Source: Lewinellaceae bacterium (GTDB lineage Bacteria; Bacteroidota; Bacteroidia; Chitinophagales; Saprospiraceae). Taken from it: a stretch of 64,000 nucleotides of DNA. Below, in pieces: positions 56,128 to 63,479 of the stretch. Within the stretch, counting starts at the first letter, position 1. Each line of letters starts with the position of its first letter. The DNA lies in NCBI GenBank assembly GCA_016708875.1, contig JADJFA010000018.1:28113-92112 (forward strand), in the 5' to 3' direction. Made by a program: the position numbers and the translations under genes. The notes under the pieces were generated by a model that did not search any database, was not told the origin of the DNA, and saw only the letters and a list, made by a program, of their open reading frames with translations.

Positions 56128-57219
56128 ACCTCAACCTAATCGCAGATATCGCAAAATCACTCCTCTTGGCGCGTTGGCGGCAATCTTTAGTCGCAGCCAT
56201 TGGTGTGACGTTCAGCATTACTATGTTCATCACCTTGTTGGGCTTTATGAATGGGCTAAACGACCTGCTGGACGGTCTGATCCTGAACAGAACGCCGCAC
56301 GTCCGCCTTTTCAATGAAATAAAGCCCAATCCCAACCAGCCGGTCAACCTATCCAGCGATTTTCAAGGTGGCCACAACTTCATTCAGTCCATTAAATCAA
56401 GTGGCGGGAGACTTGAAATTCACAACGGTGGAGCTATACTCGAAGCCCTTAAAGTGGATCCGCGCGTTTTGGGCATTTCGCCAAAAATAAGTTCCCCTGT
56501 GCTATACAATGCGGGTACTATTGACATAACGGGTGCGGTCAGTGGCATTGACGTAATCGCCGAAAGTGCACTGTTTTTTTTTAAAGATTATGTTCGGGAA
56601 GGCAACCCGCTGGATTTAAAAAACGTAAGCAACAGCATTATCCTGGGCAAAGGAGTAGCCGAAAAATTGTTGGCCGAGATTGGCGATATGGTGCAGGTAA
56701 CCACTTCCAAAGGCGACCGATTGCCCCTGCCGGTGGTCGGTACTTTCCAGTCAGGGATTGCAGATTTTGATAAAGTACAAAGTTTTGCATCCATTGCAAC
56801 GGTTCAAAAATTGCTTGGAAAACCAAACACCTATATCACAGACATCCAAATCAAACTGAAAGACCTTAAAACCGCCCCCGTCGTCGCCAAGGAATATGCC
56901 CGACTCTTCCAGGCGGATGCAGAGGATATTCAGACGGCAAATTCGCAGTTTGAGACAGGCAGTTTTATCCGCACCCTCATTTCCTATGTGGTTGGGATCG
57001 TGTTGTTGATCGTGGCCGGATTCGGCATTTTCAATATTCTCAACATGATGATCTACGAAAAAATGGATACCATCGCCATCCTGAAAGCCACGGGTTTTTC
57101 TGGCAGTATTTTACGTCATCGGGATTATGTTTTCGCTGATCACCACCTATTTGGCTGGTTATTTCCCTGCTAGAAAGGCAAGTAAAATTGACCCAGTTAT
57201 AATTATTAGAGGGAAATAA
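56124..57219 (+). pseudogene. ABC transporter permease (FtsX/MacB-LolE family) with an apparent internal deletion and frame change near 57105-57115.
   Basis: N-terminal TM 'WRQSLVAAIGVTFSITMFITLLGF', a MacB-PCD-like periplasmic domain, TM2 and 'MDTIAILKATGFSG'. The canonical C-terminus 'VFYVIGIMFSLITTYLAGYFPARKASKIDPVIIIRGK*' is present only in another frame. The TM3 region (~40-50 aa) is absent. Confidence 0.7.
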
Positions 57220-57362
57220 AACACATAGGTATTGAACCACAAAAGGCACATAAGGACACAAAAGAACATATAGTCCTTAATTTGAACGCATTATGTTGAA
57301 TGAGGATTCCATTTGACCTTTGTGTCCTTATGTGCCTTTTGTGGTTTAATACCCTAAGTGTT
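57220..57362. repeat. Intra-operon long hairpin (CACAAAAGG/CACATAAGG nonamer arms).
   Basis: 'aacacataggtattgaaccacaaaaggcacataaggacacaaa ...~55 nt... tttgtgtccttatgtgccttttgtggtttaataccctaagtgtt'. It lies between the permease stop and the ATPase start. Confidence 0.9.
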
Positions 57363-57374
57363 TGCTCTATAGAA

Positions 57375-58050
57375 ATGACAAAAACTGTTCTCCAGTCCTC
57401 GAATATAAACAAAAGTTTCAAGGATCCGATTGTAGTCCCGGTATTGAAAGACATCAGTTTTTCCGTGGATCAAGGTGAATTTGTTGCCGTCACGGGCAAA
57501 TCCGGTTGCGGGAAGTCCACGTTATTGTACATCCTATCTACCATGGACACCGATTACGAAGGAGATTTGCGGATAGATGGCGATCTGATGCGCGGCAAAA
57601 CCGAGGCAGAATTAGCGCGCATCCGAAATGAAAAAATCGGCTTCGTTTTCAATTTCATTACCTGCTCAACGAATTCACAGTCCTGAAAAACGTAATGCTG
57701 CCCGGCTTAAAACTCCAGAAATTTTCGGCAGCCGAAGTAGAACACCGCGCCATGGAACACCTCAAAACCTTGGGAATCGAAGCACTCGCTTTAAAAAAAG
57801 CCAATCAATTGTCGGGCGGTGAAAAACAACGGGTAGCCATCGCGCGTGCCTTGATCAACGACCCCCTGATTATCATGGGCGATGAACCGACAGGCAATCT
57901 GGACAAAAAAACAGCGACATTGTCTTCGATATCTTCAAGCAACTTTGTGAAGAATTTAAACAAACCTTGCTCATCGTAACCCACGACCAAAGTTTCGCCG
58001 AAAACACCCACCGGATCATTGAAATGGAGGACGGGCGGATTATTGGGTAA
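57375..58050 (+). CDS. ABC transporter ATP-binding protein (MacB/LolD-like). The frame is broken twice.
   Basis: Walker A 'GKSGCGKST', Q-loop 'IGFVF(Q)[14 protein letters not shown]', signature '[15 protein letters not shown]', Walker B '[12 protein letters not shown]' and H-loop 'LLIVTHD'. Breaks lie at ~57650 (C versus CC) and at the A7 run 57905-11. Confidence 0.85.
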
Positions 58051-58063
58051 AAACACTAAAGGT

Positions 58064-58142
58064 TTTCACACAACGCCACAACGGCACAACGTTTTGCTAA
58101 TCAATAATTTATAACGGTGTGTCGTCGTGGCGTTGTGTGAAA
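58064..58142. repeat. Post-gene hairpin with tandem CACAACG(N) octamer arms.
   Basis: 'tttcacacaacgccacaacggcacaacgtt ...loop... aacggtgtgtcgtcgtggcgttgtgtgaaa'. Confidence 0.9.
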
Positions 58143-58165
58143 TCAACTACCACTTACTAAAAAAC

Positions 58166-59542
58166 ATGAAAGACACGATCTTCATACACTTCCTAGGCGC
58201 AGCCGGCACTGTCACCGGCTCCAAGTACCTCATTGAGGCCCCTGAAAAAAAATTCCTGGTGGATTGCGGGCTATTCCAGGGCCTGAAACAATTGCGCCTC
58301 CTGAACTGGGATCATCTGCCGGTAGATGTGCCAAGTATTGATTTTGTGTTGCTTACCCACGGGCACCTCGATCACGTCGGGTATTTGCCGCGATTGATCA
58401 AAGACGGGTTCAAGGGAAAAGTCTACGGCACGGCGCCCACACTCGACATTGCGGAAATCATCCTTCGGGACAGTGCCCGCTTGCAGGAAGAAGAAGCAGA
58501 ACAGGCCAATAAAGAAGGGTTTTCAAAGCACCATCCTGCCAAACCGTTTTACACGGAAAAAGACGTGGAATCCACCCTCACGCATTTTAGCACGATTGAC
58601 CTCAATCAATGGATTGATCTGGGAGGTCAGGTGAAAGCCCGTTTTCAGACCAATGGCCATATCATTGGCTCCACTTTTATTGAAGTACATGTGCAGGGCA
58701 AAAAATTCGTTTTCAGCGGGGATGTCGACCAAGAAGACGACCTCCTGCTTATGCCACCAAAAAAGCCTACAGAAGCCGATATTTTGTTTGTGGAAAGCAC
58801 TTATGGCGATCGGCTGCACCCGGAAGGGGACGTGAAAGAACGGCTGAAAACCATTGTGCTTGAAACGATTGCAAGAGGTGGCTCCGTCATAATTCCAAGC
58901 TTTGCCGTGGAGCGCACGCAAGTAATGATGTACTTGCTCTGGCAATTGCGCATATCAGGCGAATTGCCGGATGTGCCATTAATCATGGACAGTCCCATGG
59001 GCGCTCGCGTGTTGGGCGTATTCGAAAAACACCGCGATTGGCACAAATTGCCCACTGCCGAATACACCGCTATGTGCGAGATGTTTCAGGTGGTGGAAGA
59101 TTACCGGGAAACCATGAACTTGATTGACACCAAATACCCCAAAATCATCATTGCTGGCAGTGGCATGGTGACGGGTGGGCGTGTATTGAGTTATCTCCAG
59201 CACTACATTGAATACCCACAGCACACGGTCCTATTGGTAGGTTATCAAGGCGAAGGGACCCGTGGGCGACAATTGTTGGAAGGAACCCATGAGATAAAAA
59301 TTCACGGCAAATACTATCCAGTAAAGTCTCATGTGGAAATCCTGCACGGCTTATCCGCGCACGGCGACCAAACAGAATTGCTGCATTGGATGAGCGATAT
59401 AAAAAAAGCCCCTGAGCACATATTTGTGATTCATGGGGAAAAACAGGCCGCCGATACGTTTCAAGTGAAGATTAAGGACACTTTTGGCTGGCAGGCGGTG
59501 GTGCCTAATTTGTATGAAATAGTGGAGATACCGATAATATAG
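58166..59542 (+). CDS. MBL-fold beta-CASP family hydrolase (RNA-metabolising metallo-beta-lactamase).
   Basis: 'HFLGAAGTVTGSKYLIE...LVDCGLFQG', 'VLLTHGHLDHVGYLPRL', 'VESTYGDRLH' and 'GLSAHGDQTELLHW' are beta-CASP motifs. Confidence 0.85.
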   Translation: MKDTIFIHFLGAAGTVTGSKYLIEAPEKKFLVDCGLFQGLKQLRLLNWDHLPVDVPSIDFVLLTHGHLDHVGYLPRLIKDGFKGKVYGTAPTLDIAEIILRDSARLQEEEAEQANKEGFSKHHPAKPFYTEKDVESTLTHFSTIDLNQWIDLGGQVKARFQTNGHIIGSTFIEVHVQGKKFVFSGDVDQEDDLLLMPPKKPTEADILFVESTYGDRLHPEGDVKERLKTIVLETIARGGSVIIPSFAVERTQVMMYLLWQLRISGELPDVPLIMDSPMGARVLGVFEKHRDWHKLPTAEYTAMCEMFQVVEDYRETMNLIDTKYPKIIIAGSGMVTGGRVLSYLQHYIEYPQHTVLLVGYQGEGTRGRQLLEGTHEIKIHGKYYPVKSHVEILHGLSAHGDQTELLHWMSDIKKAPEHIFVIHGEKQAADTFQVKIKDTFGWQAVVPNLYEIVEIPII

Positions 59543-59551
59543 CTTGTTTTT

Positions 59552-59620
59552 GCCACGAATTGCACGAATTTTCACTAAATAGTTCAAGTTTTTTTAGTGT
59601 AAATTCGTGCAATTCGTGGC
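59552..59620. repeat. Post-gene hairpin with tandem CACGAATT octamer arms.
   Basis: 'gccacgaattgcacgaattttcactaaa ...loop... tttagtgtaaattcgtgcaattcgtggc'. The unit is a 1-nt variant of the CACGGATT unit. Confidence 0.9.
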
Positions 59621-59652
59621 TATATTACCCTAATAATAGCACAACAATAACC

Positions 59653-60765
59653 ATGGCAGAAAAATCAGCACAACTACAACTGGAAGTAGACACCGCCTTC
59701 CTCTACGAAAGCCTTGCAAATATTCAGGAAGATGCTTCCACAGCCGAAGTATTGCGGGAGTTGGCGGGCATCGAAAGAAGCCATGTGGAACATTTTCTGG
59801 CAAAAATGCGAGAAACAAAGCCCGATTTTCAGCTGCCACCGCCAAGCCTACGAGCCAGGCTCCAATTTAAACTTGGCGGTATTTTCGGGTACGATTTTAT
59901 CATCGCCAATCTCTCGTCCGTTGAACGGCACATCGCCGTATCTGCCATTGAGGAAAAACGCAAGCACGGGGAAAAGCCCAGTGGTTTTGAGCACAATCAC
60001 CTCAAAATCCTGGAATCCCTCTCACACAATTCTACCGCCAATGTAAGCGGTGGTTTTTTGTCCAAAATGGAAGGAAGGCACAAATCAGTGGGCGGCAATG
60101 CGTTGCGGGCTGCGGTGCTAGGCGCGAACGACGGACTGTTGTCCAATATGAGCCTCGTGATGGGTGTGGCGGGCGCGGCGGTTGCAAATGACACGATTTT
60201 ACTGACTGGCTTGGCGGGCCTTTTGGCAGGCGCTATTTCGATGGCCTTAGGCGAATGGCTGTCGGTGCAGAGTTCGAGGGAACTGTTTATGAATCAAATT
60301 GCACTGGAAGCCGAAGAATTGGAAGCCTCTCCAGAGCATGAAGAATTGGAACTGGCGCTCATTTATCAGGCGAAGGGCATGGAAAAATCAAAGGCTCAGG
60401 AAATGGCGCATAAAATTATGTCCAACAAAGAAACGGCCCTTGAAACCCTTGTACGCGAAGAACTGGGCATTGACCAGGCTGAATTGGGCGGCTCAGCCTG
60501 GGAGGCGGCGTTGACTTCTTTTGTTTTGTTTGCAATGGGCGCCATCATCCCGGTCATACCCTTCTTTTTCACCAGCGGCAGCGAAGCCATTTATATCAGC
60601 CTGGTTCTCAGCGTGATAGGACTGTTCGGCATCGGCAGCGCGACCTCCCTTTTCACAGGGCGGACGGTTTGGTTTTCAGGCATCCGGCAGGTGTTGTTTG
60701 GATTGGTGGCGGCAGCCGTCACGTACGGCGTGGGACATTTGATTGGCGTTTCGATAGCGGGATGA
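59653..60765 (+). CDS. VIT1/CCC1 family iron/manganese transporter with an N-terminal ferritin-like domain.
   Basis: 'LRAAVLGANDGLLSNMSLVMGVAGA', 'ISMALGEWLSVQSSRE' and C-terminal TM segments. The N-terminal 'FLYESLANIQEDASTAEVLRELAGIERSHVEHF' is a rubrerythrin-like helix pair. Confidence 0.8.
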   Translation: MAEKSAQLQLEVDTAFLYESLANIQEDASTAEVLRELAGIERSHVEHFLAKMRETKPDFQLPPPSLRARLQFKLGGIFGYDFIIANLSSVERHIAVSAIEEKRKHGEKPSGFEHNHLKILESLSHNSTANVSGGFLSKMEGRHKSVGGNALRAAVLGANDGLLSNMSLVMGVAGAAVANDTILLTGLAGLLAGAISMALGEWLSVQSSRELFMNQIALEAEELEASPEHEELELALIYQAKGMEKSKAQEMAHKIMSNKETALETLVREELGIDQAELGGSAWEAALTSFVLFAMGAIIPVIPFFFTSGSEAIYISLVLSVIGLFGIGSATSLFTGRTVWFSGIRQVLFGLVAAAVTYGVGHLIGVSIAG

Positions 60766-60778
60766 TCTGAGAGGGTAA

Positions 60779-60874
60779 GAACACGGATGACACAGATGGG
60801 ACACGGATTGCACGGATTTTATCAATCAAAAAAAATCCGTGCAATCCGTGTCCAATCCGTGTCATCCGTGTTCC
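60779..60874. repeat. Hairpin with tandem CACGGAT(N) arms between convergent genes.
   Basis: 'gaacacggatgacacagatgggacacggattgcacggatttt ...loop... aaaatccgtgcaatccgtgtccaatccgtgtcatccgtgttc'. It shares 'ggattgcacggatt' with the 12859-12945 hairpin. Confidence 0.9.
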
Positions 60875-60879
60875 ACCTA

Positions 60880-61080
60880 TCACGCTGACTCTTTGGTTCC
60901 CATTTCCAATTCCTGAAGGTGCTCCTCCAAATCGGCGAGCCAGCTGTCCAACTGTTCGGTTGCTGTATTTTTCAAGCGCTCAAGCCATTGACGTCCACTT
61001 TCGGTGTAGAAAAGAAAGTAGGCAGCCCCTGCAATCAATGCGGCGGCAAGCAGGATTTCGGCAGCAGTTCTTTTTTGCAT
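60880..61080 (-). CDS. YtxH-like small membrane-anchored protein.
   Basis: 66 aa. 'AAEILLAAALIAGAAYFLFYTESGRQWLERL' is the YtxH pattern. Confidence 0.55.
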   Translation of the reverse strand: MQKRTAAEILLAAALIAGAAYFLFYTESGRQWLERLKNTATEQLDSWLADLEEHLQELEMGTKESA

Positions 61081-61086
61081 AATGTT

Positions 61087-61365
61087 TTAATTTTCAGGTT
61101 GATTGGTGATTTTTTCAGGGATTTTTTCAATCTCTGCTTCGGGTTTTCGCAGCTTGGCCCGGAGGTTGGATATACCGCTCCTGAGTTTGCCATAAACCTT
61201 GGTTTTTATAGAAGTACTTGGTGGTTTTTCTCCCAGTTTATGCCCTTCCTGCTTTTCAGGCCGCTTCCAAAATTTCAACACGACCGGAGTGAGCAATTTC
61301 AATCCAAGCGCCCATTTTGGGTCTTTGACGAGTATATCTACCAAAAAGGAAACCGGGGCGGGCAA
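61087..61365 (-). CDS. Hypothetical small basic protein.
   Basis: 92-aa ORF in a same-strand cluster. No recognised domain. Confidence 0.35.
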   Translation of the reverse strand: MPAPVSFLVDILVKDPKWALGLKLLTPVVLKFWKRPEKQEGHKLGEKPPSTSIKTKVYGKLRSGISNLRAKLRKPEAEIEKIPEKITNQPEN

Positions 61366-61378
61366 GCGCCTTAGAATA

Positions 61379-61564
61379 CTAGGTTCGGCTCGTCGGTTTA
61401 TTGGTAGAAAACCCCAAAGCCCCGCTAACAGCCTTTTTGAGTAAGTTTGCTGGCTCTATTTCCTCCCTGATTTCACGAAAAGTCTCTTTCAAATCAGCAC
61501 GTTGTTGCTCGATTTGGGCTTCTAATGCTGCCTTTCGGCGCTGGAGTTGGCTTGTTTTATCCAT
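61379..61564 (-). CDS. Hypothetical coiled-coil protein.
   Basis: 61 aa from 'MDKTSQLQRRKAALEAQIEQQRADLKETFREIREEIEP'. 8-bp overlap with the upstream gene. Confidence 0.4.
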   Translation of the reverse strand: MDKTSQLQRRKAALEAQIEQQRADLKETFREIREEIEPANLLKKAVSGALGFSTNKPTSRT

Positions 61565-61928
61565 TTGTATTTGGGTTTTCTTCAGTTTCGTCGTGCAAGA
61601 CGGATTCGAGGACCTTGTCGCGAACAAACGGGCCAATCCACCGATAAACGAAAAAGGCTATTGGCACAAAGATCAGCCCTGCAAGCGCAAAGCCCCCAGC
61701 ACGGTGGCCAATAAGATCGCCTAGCCACCATGCGAAACCCATGCTGAAAAAGAACAACATGATGAGCGCGAAGATCATCAAGGTTAATACCTGGGCCAGG
61801 CTGGCTGCAATGCCGGAGAATTTTTCGGTAGCAGTGAGTGAAAAATACGCCCAGCGTGTTTCGATGTGCTGATTGACCTGGTCAAAAAGCCGGTGCAGCA
61901 TTTGTTCGGTATCGGTTTGTTCTGCCAT
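61557..61928 (-). CDS. Holin-X/Phage_holin_3_6-like two-TM membrane protein.
   Basis: 123 aa from 'MAEQTDTEQMLHRLFDQVNQHIETRWAYFSLTATEKFSGIAASLA...'. Two TM helices. These are commonly clustered with YtxH genes. Confidence 0.5.
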   Translation of the reverse strand: MAEQTDTEQMLHRLFDQVNQHIETRWAYFSLTATEKFSGIAASLAQVLTLMIFALIMLFFFSMGFAWWLGDLIGHRAGGFALAGLIFVPIAFFVYRWIGPFVRDKVLESVLHDETEENPNTNG

Positions 61929-61993
61929 GTAATTGATTCGATTGGTTCGATTGATGGGATTGGTTAGATTGATTCCGTTGAAAACCCAATGGT

Positions 61994-62341
61994 CTATTTT
62001 CCGTGCAAGCGAAAAGCCAAGAGGATGCAAATTACAACAAACAAGGTGGTATAAATTAATTTGTTGTGCCTGGCCAACCAGTTGGGCAGGAAAATATCAA
62101 AATTGTCTTTGGTTGAATCGGAATATTTACGGGCCAAAACAGTAAGCGGGCACATTCTCCCAAAAATCAGTAATACTATCCCTTCTAATAAAATTAGGCC
62201 TATTCCTATCCAAACATATTTGTCAATTTTATTGACCACCACTGCATAGGCCATATAAAACAACACCACATTGAAAAAAAGCCAAATGAGGGTGTGAATA
62301 AGCTTGAGTACAAAGAGATTGGATTGCTTGGCTCGATCCAT
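61994..62341 (-). CDS. DUF2784-like membrane protein.
   Basis: 115 aa with 3-4 TM segments. 'FGRMCPLTVLARKY' resembles the DUF2784 CPLT motif. Confidence 0.5.
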   Translation of the reverse strand: MDRAKQSNLFVLKLIHTLIWLFFNVVLFYMAYAVVVNKIDKYVWIGIGLILLEGIVLLIFGRMCPLTVLARKYSDSTKDNFDIFLPNWLARHNKLIYTTLFVVICILLAFRLHGK

Positions 62342-62444
62342 ATATAATCTTGATTTTATAGTCAACGCAAAGTGGTTTTGAAACTGCAACCCCTCAACAC
62401 CTTGGTTCTCAATCGAATCAATCTTCCAAAATCGAATCATTCGA

Positions 62445-63350
62445 CTATAATTCCCTCAATGCTTCATACAATTCCCTTTCTTTTGCCGAAAGTTCGCGTG
62501 GAATCTCGACCATAATCTCTACATAAAGGTCACCAAAACTGCCCGAAGTATCATAAACAGGCATTCCAAGACCGCGCATCCGCAGCACTGCTCCATTTTG
62601 GGTGCTTGGCTGTAGGGTCATCACCTTTTCTCCGTGAAGTGTGGGTACGCGGGCTTTGCCTCCCAATACCGCAGCGACCAAATCTACCGATTGTTTGCAT
62701 CGTAGATCATTACCCGTACGGGTGTAGCGAGGGTGCGGTGCGATACGGATGTTGAGCAATAAATCACCCGTTTTTCCGCCATTTTGACCAGGCTGCCCCT
62801 TTCCGCGCAAGCGAAATTGCTGGCCTTCGCGCACGCCTTTTTTCAACGTCAATCGGTACTGTTCTGTGCCGAGGGATAGCATCCGGGTCATGCCATTAAA
62901 GGCATCTTCCAGGGATATTTGCACTTCCGCCTCCAGATCAGCGCCATTGCGCGCTCTGGGAGCTCTGCCACGCCCTGCCTGCTGACCGCCAAAAAACTGG
63001 CTGAACAAGTCCTCAAATCGCTCATCATTTTCAAAATCGCTGGCATCAAAGGAAAACGGTGGCTGTTGCCTGGTTGTTCGTGGTCTTCCAGAAGCGCCGC
63101 CACCAGCCGGGCCGCCTTGTTGCACTTGTTCCCAGTTTTCGCCGTACTGATCGTACAATTTGCGCTTTTCCGGATCAATCAGCACACTGTTTGCCTCGTT
63201 TACTGCCTTGAATTTTTCCTCAGCAATTTTGTCGCCCTTATTCTTATCGGGGTGGTATTGCAAGGCCAATTTTCGGTAGGCTTTTTTAATATCCTCCGAG
63301 CTGGCATTTTTCGCAATACCCAATGTTTTATAAAAATCTTTGGAAGCCAT
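62445..63350 (-). CDS. cbpA: DnaJ-class co-chaperone without a zinc finger (CbpA-like).
   Basis: J domain 'DFYKTLGIAKNASSEDIKKAYRKLALQYHPDKNKGD', a G-rich linker and DnaJ_C beta domains. No CxxCxGxG repeats. Confidence 0.85.
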   Translation of the reverse strand: MASKDFYKTLGIAKNASSEDIKKAYRKLALQYHPDKNKGDKIAEEKFKAVNEANSVLIDPEKRKLYDQYGENWEQVQQGGPAGGGASGRPRTTRQQPPFSFDASDFENDERFEDLFSQFFGGQQAGRGRAPRARNGADLEAEVQISLEDAFNGMTRMLSLGTEQYRLTLKKGVREGQQFRLRGKGQPGQNGGKTGDLLLNIRIAPHPRYTRTGNDLRCKQSVDLVAAVLGGKARVPTLHGEKVMTLQPSTQNGAVLRMRGLGMPVYDTSGSFGDLYVEIMVEIPRELSAKERELYEALREL

Positions 63351-63360
63351 AATTTGAATG

Positions 63361-63368
63361 CAAAGTTA
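63361..63368 (-). promoter_or_regulatory. Candidate -7 box (TAACTTTG) for cbpA.
   Basis: Exact TAnnTTTG on the minus strand, 10 nt upstream of the ATG at 63350. Confidence 0.35.
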
Positions 63369-63479
63369 TCCGGGCTGAATATTTGCCTGGGTGACATTCG
63401 TCATCCCCACTCAAGACCTGCGTCATTCAACATTAAATACTTATCAGCCCAACTTTGTTGTAACAAAAACTGTAATGTC

